Assembly (NCBI GenBank): GCA_965178125.1
Contig: OZ237767.1
Span: forward strand, 62,001 to 126,000
Length of the DNA stretch: 64,000 nucleotides
Origin: Bilabrum cf. latius
Lineage: Eukaryota
Reading direction: 5' to 3'
Shown: positions 49,301 through 61,889 of the stretch, piece by piece
How positions within the stretch are numbered: position 1 is the stretch's first letter
Layout: each line of letters begins with the position of its first letter
Notes under the pieces: model-generated
The model's database searches: none
What the model saw: only the letters and a program-made list of their open reading frames with translations
Told to the model about the DNA's origin: nothing
Made by a program: the position numbers and the translations under genes

Positions 49301-49965
49301 GCGATGTCGGCCACAAGCTCTGGCATCGCACCCACAGTCCCGTTGTGCCGGTACAGCTCCCTGCCTATGTCCCCTCCGAGATTCAATGCCATGTAAATCC
49401 ATCCAGGAGAGCTGCTTGCCCTGTCTATGCTGCTCTAATACACGCACAGGTCTGACGGTTGCGAATCTTCGAGGCCTTGCACGGCGTCAACAACGAGGGT
49501 TGCGTTGTAGCCTGGATCGTTGGGGCCGGCCTGCGGGTCGACAAAGAACAGCTCTCGACCAAACAGCTCGTCCGTTGCGGCAAAGTAAAGGAGCCCATTG
49601 AACGGTGTGAGGTGCAATGGGGAGCTGCTTTCTGCTCCAGGCATCGCGTCACCGGCCATGCGGAGAGTGCGACCATCAAACGCGAAGAGCTCCGTGCCGT
49701 GCGACCTCGATTCGGCGCTGATCCACAGGAAGCCACCAAAATCCACCATTTCTGTCTACACCGAGACATCAGCTACAATACTGGCACCTCCGATCCCAGT
49801 AGTATTGGCTGCAGCCAGCTGCCGACTGCCCGACGATGGAGTAGTTGGCACGTGGCTCAAAGCAGAACCTACCTGAGTCCCAGAATGGCGGGCTGCAGTC
49901 TAGCTATATGCGCTAGCAATTGTTAACCCTACAATGAACCACATGGGGGGTACAATACCGGGCAT
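46360..49965 (-). CDS. Secreted-type ELWxxDGT-repeat protein with a Ser/Thr/Pro stalk and multi-TM C-terminus (about 1,200 aa)
   Basis: One 3.6-kb frame with 11 TAGs (49900, 49756, 49435, 48982, 48460, 47959, 47908, 47752, 47431, 47125, 46645) and no TAA/TGA until TAA 46360. Signal peptide; repeats HGTELFAFDG, FGRELF, IGRELYRHNGT, AGSELYCYNGT. Confidence 0.88.
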
Positions 49966-50998
49966 TTGAGGCTATATCACGGAGTTTGTGGACCGACGTG
50001 GTAATCTTGTGGTTGGTGTCCAACTGCTGTTGTGCCATACTCCGTACCCCATAGAACCAAGTGCCAGAATGTATGGTCCTGCACTTCGAACAATAAATGA
50101 AAGATCACCAACCCGATAAAGTATGCGCTAAATCGAGCCAGAACGGAGCACAAAGGCCGAAATATTTAACGCGTGCACCGTTGGATCAATGGCAGCTTCA
50201 CCTAGTGCTGGCGTAAAGTTTGCCGATAGCGGTGTGAGTAGTAGTGCAAGCTGTGATCTTGTCGATTGTACGAATGATCAATCAACGGAGAGGAAATCAA
50301 GCGCTGTTCTATTCAACGTTTCCGGTAGCCGTTATGGCTCCGAGTGCCATAGACGTGTGTTCAGGTCATCGGCCCAAACCACAGGCGACCCGGTTGGGTT
50401 CGTGCAGATGAACGACGTATCCGGCAACCACGGATTCCAGACATTGAGGCCCCTCCTCAAGCCCCCACGTCAGTTCGGTGACTCGCCGGAGCCCCTCAAA
50501 GCCTCGGACCTCCGAGTCAGATGCCCGGCTGACACGTCCGGTTGAAGCCTTGCTGCCTAGAATAGTCAATCCGATTGTGTAAGGTGCCTGCTCGCCTGGC
50601 CCATGGGCAAACAGAGGGGATTCATTGATCCCTTGCATGCCTGCTGTGACGACTGGTTGTGTAATTCCTTCCTTCCGTTCTCGCTCACAGGTCGGTCGGT
50701 CGGTCGTTCAGTTTAGACGTGTCACGGATGCGCCAGAAGGCAGCGGGCAGTTGCCATAGGACCGAGTGAGTACCGCTCTAGATCCAGCTACGAGGCGAAC
50801 CAGCTCTCACCCTAGACCTGCCACCCTCACTGCTCCCATCACCCGGTATTCGCACTAACACTTGTTGCATGCAATGCATACGAGAAAGTAGCACGCTATG
50901 TACACCATGGTGGACGCTGTGTCCACCATGGTAGACGGATCGCCTCATTTGCGTGCTACTGCCTGGCTCCACCACTAAAAAGTCAGATATAAAAAGGT

Positions 50999-51597
50999 TC
51001 AGCCGAGGAAATCGTCCTCTGGTGTTGACTGGGACGCCTAAGGTGTGATACCACCGCTCGCAATGCACATAAATACTCCTACTATAACTAAGAACGGAAC
51101 TACTGCTATCTGCAGCATCTGCGCAAACGCACTTTGGACCGCTTCGCAAGCCTCTCTATTTTCGACGCCTTGGATGCAGGCAGTGTCCTGCTGCGTGTCA
51201 ATCGTGATCCCATAGATTAAGCTTATGAGCCCAAGAAGCATGTATAATACGCTATGCTGCGGATTGCATTGAAAACGGTGCAATTATGATTGAGAAGGCT
51301 TGGGAGGACATCTGCGACTTGTGGAATACGCGCACAGCTACCATGGCTCACCACAATCACAGTATAGTACTCGCGCCGAAGTGCGGCACTTGAAAGATCC
51401 AATGATACCAATGTAAGCGCCATGCTCCAGCTAATACCAATCCAGTTTCGCACAAAAATGGCAGCCACAATCCCGATTACAACGCCCGTCGCACCGACGG
51501 CTCGAATCATAGTCACGGCGACATCTTGAACAAGTTTCTGGGCGCGATCCACGCAAGAACGTAAATACCCGCAGCATCCCACCGCGGAGCTACTCAT
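50999..51597 (-). CDS. Small multi-TM hypothetical protein (about 167 aa)
   Basis: Phase-0 intron 51351-51257 joins two hydrophobic ORFs; TAG at 51038, then ASQSTPEDDFLG and TGA. Confidence 0.65.
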
Positions 51598-51698
51598 TTG
51601 CCGTTGATTTTAGATATTGTGCGAGTGAAACACTGCTGTTTGGTTACGACCGCTCCGCCGACACGCTCTCCAAAGGCAACTGCAGTCAACAACTCGGC

Positions 51699-54600
51699 AT
51701 GGACGTCCAATTTTCAGCACGTGCACGTGAGTTTTGCCTCAAAAACACTGGGTGCCGGTTGACCTCGGCTGCTGATAGCGTCCGAGGTAAAGGAAGAGGC
51801 GTAGTCGCCGCCAGGGACATTCAAGCTGGGGAAGTAGTGCTGAGTGAAGTGGCACTAGCATGCTCACCGCTGCTGCAGTCTGCGTCACAGTCTGCTTCAC
51901 GAAGGCCAAGGTGTTCTTCATGTCGATCGGACGCACGCGTGGGTGGGATTCGTTCAAAGTCGTCCCCCCAGGTGATACCAGCGTGCCCTGACTGCGCCGA
52001 CTGGATTGTCCAGTCCGGCTTCGTCGAGTTCCTGCATCGCGAGACACAGTTTGCAAAAGATAATCAGCACGCGCTTTCGGCCGAGCTGGCCGCGCAAGCG
52101 TGCCTCGCTGCTCGCCTGCTGTGGCATTTGGCGAACGACGCGACGCTCGCACCGGCCTCTGGGGCGAAGAGCAAGGTGGCCGGAGCAGCTGTTTCCGCCG
52201 ACATCGCCGGATCATAGGCCAGTGGGACGTCATATGCCGAAGGAGACGCAGGCCCGTATTTTCCTGTAGTCGACGATGTTGCGCTCATGCAGACGTTCTC
52301 GGAGGGCAGCGTGCCGGCCGGCATCACGCACGCAGATGTAACCCGCAAGTTCCGCGAGTCCAAGGGGGGCAGGGTCGGAGGCGTGGAATCGGACGCAGCG
52401 GAGGTCTCCAAGGCCCTCGAGAACCTTTCCAAGCAGCGACTTCCCGTGGTGCAGCGCGCTGCGGTGCTGTTGCTCGTGGGCAGCCAGCCCCGGGGCAAGG
52501 GCGGTGCCAGGGCGCCGCCGCTGGTGCAGAGGGAGTGGTTGCGGGCGCTCAGGGAGGCAAGCGGTGTGACGAGTGATGTAGATGGTGTGACGAGTGAGGA
52601 GTCGGCGTCGCTGCCGGAGGTACCAGGCGTGCCCGAGGTTGTCGTCGAGCCGGGCTCCGCAAGTGGCGGCGGCGCCGCGCACACGCTGGCTCAGGACGCC
52701 GCACTGCTGAGCCGACTGATCCTGGCATTCGACCTGAACAACTTCGCGGCCACGGGGGACGATCTCAGCCAGCACTCTGACGCCGTGTGCCCCTTGCTGG
52801 CCGCCCTGAACCACGACTGCTCCCCCAACTGCGCCGTGGAGTGGGCCGTGCTACCTCCCCCAGAGGGGGCGACCGAACCCGGGAAGGAACCTTCGCTGAG
52901 CAGGGCCAGACTAGTTGGTCGCATGCGGGCGTTGAGGAACGTTCGTGAAGGCGAGGAGCTGACGCACAGCTTCTGCGACCCCACCGACGACGTGGTGTCC
53001 AGGGCGGATCGGCTGGCGCACCTGCACGGCTTTGCCTGCGCGTGCGACCGGTGCGCGGAGGGTGTGACGAGTGCGATGTGCGCTGGCATGCCGCCGGTGC
53101 ACGGCTGGGCGGGGAAGGAAGAAGCCGCCCTCCGTCGCGTGCTGGAGGGCGAGGGTGCATTGCATGGAGGTGCTACCTCCTCGGAGCGAGACCTCGGGCG
53201 GTGGGCCGTGGATGTAGCCGGGCAGGTGTTTGCCATGGATTGTGCTGCTGGTGCTGGTGCGGACGCTGCTAGTGGTGACGCGGGTGGTGATACTGAGCTC
53301 ATCCGCATGGTTTCACTCGTCACACCAGGTGATGGGAGCTCACCGAGGAGGAGGCCGTTCGGGCCGCTGCTGCCTCTTTTGCCGCCTTTGGAAGCAAGGT
53401 CCTCGGTGGCAGCGGCGGGCGCTTCGGCGGATCCGTCGGCTTGCTCCTCGGCTGCTGAAGGGCAGTCCTCGCCATTGCTTCAGACCTCGAGGGATGCAGC
53501 ACCTGAGCCAAAGGCGGGTAGCAAGCCGAAAAGCAAGGGCAAGAGCAGGGGCAGAGGCAGGGGCAGGAGAGGCAGGAGGGGCAAAACGGCAGGGGCATCT
53601 GCATCTGCAATGTCCTCCTCATCCCCGTCGTCAGAGTCGCCAGCGTCGGCATATGCCCCATCTGCAACCTCCTCTGCCTCCACTGCAACCGCCAAGGATC
53701 TGTCAGCAGACCTGGACAAGGCGTGGTCCATCCTGCGGCGGGGCGCCGAGGCGGCCGCCCTCTCCTCTCAGTCGGATGCCGGGGAGATTCTCGGGATCGT
53801 AGGGGCGCCGTGTGTTCCCCAGGGAACAAAATCGAGGTGCCTGCGGACCCACGCAGCGCTGTGTCACACGGCCAGGCAGGTGTTCATCAAGCTCATGCCC
53901 GACGATGACGATGACCAGGAGGACGAGGAGCGCAAGCGGAAGGAGAAGGAAGATAAAAGCAAGGGGAATGGGGAGGCTGCCGGCGAGCCGTCCGGAGCCG
54001 ACGATAAAACCGGAAGAGGCAAATCCTGGTCGGCCGGGCAGGTTGCCATCCTGTCACTTGCGGCAGGCCACATTCGTAGGGCGGGCCAGCTGCTCGACTC
54101 AGCGGGAGAGGAGATGCGAAGGAGCAGTCAGGGAACAAAAGCATGGGCCTGGGCCGCGGAACAGGTGGGTAAAGTGGCGACAGGTTCCGCTGCGGCGTCG
54201 GCGGGTGGCACTTCGGCCGAGAGCACCGGTGCAATGGAGTCTGGAACCGGATCCACCTCCGAAGATCGGATCAAGGTGTGTTCTCTGGGAGAGGGTATCG
54301 ACCCGCGGGACGCCATGACTGCCCTGCGCGTGCTGGAGGGAGTTTCGGTGTGCCAGCAGGCCGAGAAGGCCATGTCGCTTGTTGCAACGAGGACGCAGTC
54401 GCTGTGCGAGGCGGCGGGAGTGGCCCTGTGGATGTTCGTCACAGCGAGGATATGCCTCCTGGTGTCAGGGGTGTCGCCCACGTCTGCACTGGGGGGATCC
54501 ATGGCCAAGGCAGTGCTCGACGAGGGGCTGCTTTGCCTCTCTGCTCAGCAGAGGCAAGGGTCGTACGGGGTGCTTGCAGCGGGTGTGAAGGGGGTGCACG

Positions 54601-54833
54601 GGGGCGTGAACGAATGGGTGGACGCATCCATGGGAGCGTGGGTCGGAGCTGGGATGGCCTCGTGCCACTCGTCACACCCCGCGGTACGGATTCGCGCCAC
54701 TGTGATGAGTGAGGCCAGGGCGATGATGGCAGCGAGCAGGCTGGGAGATGCGCTCGGCGGCGGCGGCGGGAATGCATCCAAGGGGGAAGCGGCAGGGGCA
54801 TCTGCAGCGGCGACACCAGGCGCCGAGAGATGA
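51699..54833 (+). CDS. SMYD-type split SET-domain lysine methyltransferase (about 1,044 aa)
   Basis: KGRGVVAARDIQAGEVVLSE, a degenerate CxxC..CxxC, LNHDCSPNC, GEELTHSF and post-SET GFACACDRC. One TAG (52215) joins the two SET halves; TGA stop. Confidence 0.88.
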
Positions 54834-55322
54834 GACGCGCTTCTGATTTGGGGCGCAGCCCAGAGCGAGGAGGCGCCCGCTGCCACGTGATGCTTGTGCG
54901 CTTGTCGATCGTGTGCAGTGGCGCAGCGGACACTAGATCTAATCTCGATGCTCGGTTCGATGCCCAACTGGGAAATTTATTCTGCATAGTTATCGATTGC
55001 TGCTGCAGTAGAATGAAACATGGCTTGCTGCAGTCGTAGCACCTCCACGCCCGACCCGATAATAACACATAGAACTGAGCTCTGCTGCTTCAGCAGAAAC
55101 TCGCGACCGGTGCCAGTGTCTGCCTCGAAACCAACGCGCCGGTCTACACAGCACATCCTCACTCCTGTGCTAAAGAGCACGTGGAACTTTCAGATGGGGT
55201 GAGAACAGGCACGCCGACTGGCGGGTACACGGCATCTGTTGTTGTGGTAACGAGAAACGCTCGCGACACCGCACCGCAATGAAGTGCACCTTACCATCCA
55301 ACGATACACACTGGGTCAGCGC

Positions 55323-57722
55323 TCAGAAGCCGCCGCCTGAGCCCGTCCCCGGCCCGCCCATCGACCCGTACCCAGCTGGCATGCCCGCATCCGCTCCCGC
55401 GCCAGTGGGCGTATCTCCGCTCATCGCTGCCTGCCCGCTGCCTGTTCCCGCGGGAGGCCCAGCACCGGCACCGCCCCTGCCCGACCCGCCAGATCGCGCG
55501 CCGCCTCTACCTGACCCTCGTGCACTGCCGCGAAGCGTCCAGTCGGCGGGGAGGCTCCTCGGGTTGTACACGGCGATCTCCTGCACCACGAGTTCGCGAA
55601 TGTTCTCTCGGTTCACCTCGGGGAACACGATCCGCCGAGGGGCGTTGATCTCGTCCTTGGGCCTGCGGATGGTCTCGAAAAAAGGATGCGCCAGCGCGGC
55701 GTCCACCCGGATTCGATCCTCGGGTACGAACCGCAGGAGCCGCTGGAGGAGATCCAGCGCATCGTGACCCGCCCTCGGATATCTGGCCGTGAGATCGATG
55801 GGGTGCCTGGGCCTGAGTCTCCTGAGCCACTCCTGCGCCTCCACCGTCCTCACCTTGGCGATTTCCCTGTCCACTGGGGTGCCCATGACATCGAAGATGA
55901 CCTGCAGCTGGTCCTGCTTCGCCTTGGAAGAGGCCCTCCGGTCGGGGTTTCCCCTAGAGAGCGGGTAGCATGACCCCCCGGGGAAGAAGGCCTTGCGGTT
56001 CGTGATCTGCCCTGGCCTCCCCGATGGCAGCATGGTCATGATCTCTGCGTGGATGCACCCGACCGACCACACATCGATGGCAGCTGTGTACAGCCCGTCG
56101 TTGTAGAGGGGCAGCTCGGGTGCCCTGTACCAGCGGGTCACCACGTGCTTCTGCGGGGAAGGGCATGGAAAAGGGGGGCATGGGGGGGAGGGGTTGTGGC
56201 GTCCCTCTTGGCAGCTGGAATACGGGATGGAGTAGCACAGATCTGCAGTCGACAGCTATTTCACAACGATGCAAGGGGACGTGTAAGGCAGGAAGGCCCT
56301 GCCTCTCATTGTTGTCGTGTATACTCGACACGCGATGCGGTTGCATTGTGCTTGATCGTCTCGAGGGGGTACGTAAGCACGCTGTGTGACGTGTGCACGC
56401 GGTGTCACATGCCCAATGGGAAGCGATCCGGGGGAGCAATAGTCGAACAGGTCACCGATCTCACCGTCATCTATCTCTTGATTGGGCCCTTCGAGCGCGC
56501 CTCTGCAGCCACAACTGGGCCCGAAGCACCTGCTCCGTCCATGGGAGCAGCACCAGCCGAGCCGGCCTCTGAAGCGATCGTGTTGTCCTGGTCCACACCA
56601 GCGAAAGAAGAGGCCATATCCTCCGTGACGCTGCTGGAAACGGGCCTTGCCAGGCCAAAGTCGCAGATCTTCAGGTCGCAAGCTTCCGTGAGCAAAATGT
56701 TGGCGGGCTTTAGGTCACGGTGGATCACTCCAGCCGAGTGGATGTACTTCATGCCGAGCAGGAGCTGGTACAGGAACCAGCGGACGTGCTGCACTGTCAG
56801 TTCCTGGTCAGTATCTTTTATAAGTTTTCCCATGTCGGTATCTAGTAGCTCGAAAACCACGTAGAGGTCACTGAACGTGCTAGGATCAGACGGCAGCTGC
56901 AGGTGCGTCAGCTTCACCACGTTCGGGTGGTCGAGCTCGCGCAAGATCCTAATCTCCCGGTAAATGCGCTTCGCATTTTCAAAAATATCAAACACTCCGG
57001 GGATGCGCTTGATCGCAACCTTCTGCGGAGAGGGACCGCTTCTGGGGCGATGGTCGAGTGCCTCCACAACCGAGCCGTACGAGCCTGCGCGATGAAGCAA
57101 GCAATTAAGTCAATGAAAGGAAGTGATTTATGAATACAATCTAGTTGACTTGGTGCAAATATGAGCCAGAATGGACAAGGGGAAGGTTTCCCCGTTCTTG
57201 CCAGCCAGATCCCCGCAGCACAATGCTCATTCGCCCCGGAAAACAAGCAGCGGTTCGTGGTATGACCGTAATTTGCAATGATCATGCAAACGGTTCGGCC
57301 TGTACGGATACTGCCCTGGTTTACTCCTTAACGCAGACATAGATGCACCAGCTGCCGAGCGACCGGGCCAAGGGGCAGCAGACACCCGTCTCACCTTTTC
57401 CAACAAGCTTCTTCAGCTCAAATCGAGTAGTGTCAATTTCCCAATCACGAAATTGAGATGGCAAGCGGAAATGGTGAGCAGAAGAGGATGGTGCATGGCC
57501 CGAGTGCCCCGGGCCAGCGCCGGCGTATCTCGGGCCACTGCTATCGTCTACCATCGCTGCGCCAGTCCCACTGGGGGGATCTCCTGGAGGATCCTCTCCC
57601 ATACTGCCATGATCAGGTGGAGGACCGCCTCTTGCAGCCATGGCTCTCGCATCCTCAGGATCAGCGCGAGGAGTCGGCGTACGTATTCCCAGTGCCTCAT
57701 CTGTCTCCATACGCTCGGACAT
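55323..57722 (-). CDS. Mitogen-activated protein kinase with atypical TKH activation motif (about 591 aa)
   Basis: Exons 57722-57395, 57084-56465 and 56150-55323. Motifs GKGSYG, VAIKRI, HRDLKPANIL, DFGLAR and KR(TAG)MTKHVVTRWYRAPE; TGA stop. Confidence 0.93.
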
Positions 57723-58079
57723 GGTAGCAATACCTCAAAATCTGAATTAAAAGTATAGTTCTAGAAGCAAAGCCTCGTTCGAAGCTATAAAAAGTCGAGC
57801 TGCCTCGCGCAAGGGAGCTAAACAATGAAAGCACTTCGCCTCCAAAACAAGAATCGCCACTTTTTCATCATTGTAGCGTCCAGTTTTGGAATGTTCGTCG
57901 CCTTGCCTGCTTGCTCGATACCTGGGTTTTGAGAGCTGCGCTGCTGCAGAGTGCTCGCTAGGTAAAGTAACCGGCATTGAGCGCATGATCAAGTACCCCT
58001 CCCTGTTGGTGTGCGCCTGTCAAACCCCCGTGCGCGGGAAGCATTTCGGCCGCTCTGTGGCACTCTCCTGCTCCACTCG

Positions 58080-58121
58080 CCTCCTCCTCCTCCTCCTCCT
58101 CCTCCTCCTCCTCCTCCTCCT
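58080..58121. repeat. (CCT)n microsatellite just downstream of the PH-domain gene
   Basis: About 13 perfect CCT units. Confidence 0.9.
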
Positions 58122-58133
58122 GCCTTTGGTTCC

Positions 58134-60781
58134 TCAGACGGACCTCACGGCTGCCAGCCAGCGCAGCATCTCTCCCACGGATTCGAGGCAGAGTGCGGTC
58201 ACTCGCCCGGGCGCTGCGATGGTGATCACGTACGGCGTGGGCAGCGCCGCCCGTAGGCCTACCGGTGGACCGACGGTTGCAACCGCTCCGTCAAGCAGGA
58301 GCTCTCCCTTGCAGTTGCTCCGATCTTCACCCTTGTAGTAGGTCGCCCGCCCCAGGATCGGATCAAGGCACACGAACCTTCGCTTGAAGTCCTCTAGGCC
58401 GGAGCCCGTCTTGTGAGCCCAGCCGCTGAGCTCCCCCCCCTGCCGCGGCGCGTGGTCTGTTCCCTGGAGGGCGAGTTCGAGGTCCGGCTCGGGTAATTTA
58501 GCTCCGAGTCGTATGGTGGCGAGCAGCTCCAGGAGGGCGGGCTCGGTGCGGGTGCACAGCATTGCGGTGCGAGGGCGCACCATCGCGGCTGTCCGGGCCC
58601 GGGCCCTCTAGTCGTAGCCCCCTGGTTGGGGGCCTATGGCGTCATGATCCCCGGGGGAAATCCCCTGGGGCCCCTCGTCGGGGTCGGTCCCCGCCCCTAG
58701 GATGCCACCGAGGAACGAGCGCACCATCTGCATCCCCGACTTGCCAGCGGCGGGCCCCTCCTTGCTTCCCTCAGCTCGGTCTCTTGCCCCCGCCCTATGC
58801 ATGGAGTCTTCCCGTTGTCCTTGTCCGCTGCTGCTGCTTCCCTGTGTCTCTTTCCCCGCGACGTGCTGTTCCCCGCGAGGCATGGGGGACACTGCCTGCA
58901 CCGCAGTGGCCCGCATGTGCACAGGGGCCTCATGGCATGGGCACGCCTGAACACCCCGCAGCGGTAGCAAGATCTCCAGAGCCCCGGAATTGGGATTTCC
59001 GTCGCTGGCAGGGTCATCTGCCAGCGGGTCTCGATCCCCGGCGCCGTCGTCCTCAACCACTCGCAGCAGACCGACTCCGGGCAGGACCTCCAGGCGGGCC
59101 TCCACCCATGACCACCCGTCCACCGATGCATTGATGCCTCGTGTGACGAGTGCCGGCTCCATGGGGTGGATGTGTGCCCTGGGGAACACGCTTAGGATCC
59201 TCGATTCAAGCCTCAGCAGCGATCGCAGCACGTGCGATGCGGGTCCACCTCCAGCCTCGGTGGAGGCGCTCTTCGCAGTGCCTGAAGCACCACTGCCTGA
59301 AGGCGCCTAACCAGAGCCAGAGCCAGCACCGCCAGCCGCAGCCGCTGCAGCAGCCGCAGCTCGTACCATGGGGTTAGCCTGCTCTATTGTCAGGCTGCCT
59401 CCCGCCATGCCCGCGACGTCCTTCGTGGACTCGGAGCCGAAAATCGGCCCCCCTCCGTCATGAGCAAACAGCACTCGGGATCGGCTGGGCAGCGGTGCTC
59501 CCGTGACGGTCTTGCTCCCTTGCGGTCGGGGTGCTTGCGAACGTTCCTTAAGAGTTCGATGGGCCCTGGTCACGGCTGCGTGCCAGGCGCGCCTGTCTTG
59601 CTTGGTGTCGAAGCACAGCGCCGTGGCCCTCTCCCGCGTGACGAGTGCAAATGAGTGATCGGTGCGCATGCGCTTGGCTACTTTCGATTCCAGGTCTGCG
59701 AGTGGCTCGATCGTGGCAGCGAGATGAAGCACGCCGTATGGCTTGCTCTGCACTCCGTACTTGTCCAGCGAGGACAGCGGGCTGTCGCCGTAGTACTCAA
59801 GGGCACCGGATCGGAGCAACGCACCGAACCTTCGCTTCGAGTTCGCCACGGAAGAGGCGTCTGTTTTGCTCTTGCGGAACCAGCCCTGGTGCAGGATACT
59901 CGCCTATGACAGCTGCTGGGTTGCAGAGGACCCTGCTCGCTCCAAGCCGGTCGCAAGCTCCTACACGAGCTCGATCAGCCGCTGCCTCGCGATAGCTGCC
60001 TTCCCACTCGCGTCCGCTGGAGCGTGTATAACCCTTGAGACTCTCCCTCCCAGGGGGAGATGCCACTGAGTTTCTTTGGTTCCGTGTTTCTAGAAGAACT
60101 CCACGCCGTCGGACCGAATGACATGCTTCCAGCGACCTGCGCTGTGCAGTGTCAGGCTGTGGAGAGGTCCTACTGCGTGTAATGGAGAAAGTATGATTGC
60201 AGTTGCGGTTGCGGAAGTGCTGCCCGAAGCGTTGAATCGCGGACTTTGTGCTTGAACCTGCAACGCTGACAGTGCCGCAAGCTGTCGGCATTTGGTTCGT
60301 CTAGCTCACAGAATTTAAACTCCTCCGGCCTTTCTTCCGCGATTGAATATGCGTCGGAAACCTAGTCGTGCTCAACAAATATCATTTTGCCTGTCATTTG
60401 ATGCAATAGAACTGCGCCAACAGGTGCTCGATGGATGTGAGCATCCTGCGGGGCGAGCTCTGACGCCTCTGCACCAGCCATAGGCTACGATGAAACAACA
60501 AGCTAATCTTCACGAGCAGGCAAACCATCCCCGGTTTTAACGTGATTGTCGTCAGAATCTTCTTCATCGGGAGCGACAGCATCATCGCTGTCCGACTACT
60601 CTTCGTCCTCCGGTGCTTCTGAGCCGCTGTCTTGCTCAAACATAGCACCCTATTGTCCTGATAAATCATACGTACTGTCAGTTTCCGGCATAGTTGACGG
60701 ATCTGCGTCGACCTGTTCAGGATCTCTGTTGCCGATAGACTCTTCAGAATCACCAGAGTTCACGCTCGAAGCATCCGACAT
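58134..60781 (-). CDS. Multi-PH-domain protein with an acidic N-terminus (about 836 aa)
   Basis: Probable intron 60309-60173; 10 TAGs. PH motifs ILHQGWFRK..KRRFGALL..LEYY..DRRAWHAAV and LSGWAHK..FKRRFVCL..TYYK..KGELLL..EMLRWLAAV; TGA stop. Confidence 0.8.
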
Positions 60782-61889
60782 AGATGAAATCTGCAGGGGG
60801 ATCTATTGGAAAATTAATTAGATTGTTACTTTGCTGTCTAGCGCACGGATCCAAACAACGATCTTTGTGTGAGCTTCTTCATTGGAGGGGAGCGCAGCGG
60901 TAGCGCCGCGCGCTTACAATTGCAGTGCGGAACCTGTCACACGTCTGGGCATTCAAGGTGGGATGCACTAGTACTTTAGTGGTGGGTATTCCACCTCACC
61001 ACCCACCCCAGTGTATGTTTGTTTGGGCCCCTACGGCTGACCTGGGTAGTCCGAGGCTACGCCGCGCGTCTGCGCGCTAGGCCCGGACCGGCCCAGATTT
61101 GCTGTAGGGGAAATGGACCCTGGTGGAGGCCCGAGGGTGGACGGTGGGATTAATGAAGGCGAAGGGAATACACACGACATGTTGACCCCCATGCCTTACC
61201 TTTGTACGGCTGGGGTCTGCTGTATTTACGAAGGAGTGGGGCGCGCAGGGTTAGTGCCTGCGTAAAGTAACGTGCCATTCCCTCTAGAATGCAATATAGC
61301 CTACAGCGATAAGCACATTCAAGGTGGGATGCACTAGTACTTTAGTGGTGGGTATTCCACCTCACCACCCACCCCAGTGTATGTTTGTTTGGGCCCCTAC
61401 GGCTGACCTGGGTAGTCCGAGGCTACGCCGCGCGTCTGCGCGCTAGGCCCGGACCGGCCCAGATTTGCCACTATGTCTGTGCGTGGGGCCCCAAACTATT
61501 GCGGGTTACGCTCGCCGCGCTGCATGGCGGGGCGCGTCATGAAGAGGAGCGTGCCGCCGAGGCATGGAGGCAGAGCAGGAAGTAGGTGTGTGCCAGGCTA
61601 CAGGAGTGGGCAGCTACCCTGTTGGCGTGCGCCTGTGCATACACCATGTGTAGTTGCAAAGGAAAATACTTATCCGAAGTATAATAAATTAAGCTGCAAG
61701 CGCCGATCCCCTCAAGGGACCTGAAATCACATTAGCCACCAGTCCAGAGTGGGCGCTTGTGTGCACCACGAATGGCTGCACAGCACGGATTCATAGCAGA
61801 TGTGTGGTATGTCCCGTGCTGCCAAAGGTTAATCACTAGTAGATGTTCGTCGGTCGACTAGTCCGTCCGGGGCGTCATCCATGACTAGG

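Noticed and set aside
50189-50638. Short ORFs between the ELWxxDGT gene and the small membrane gene
   Set aside because: No recognisable motif or consistent exon structure, even with TAG read as Gln.
36511-60781. A cluster of pseudogenes with premature stops
   Set aside because: All internal stops are TAG, with no frameshifts or TAA/TGA, and the catalytic motifs are intact; recoding explains this far better.
36511-60781. Pyrrolysine, selenocysteine or programmed read-through at TAG
   Set aside because: There are too many sites, no shared downstream context, tandem TAG-TAG occurs elsewhere in the window, and TAG exchanges with CAG.
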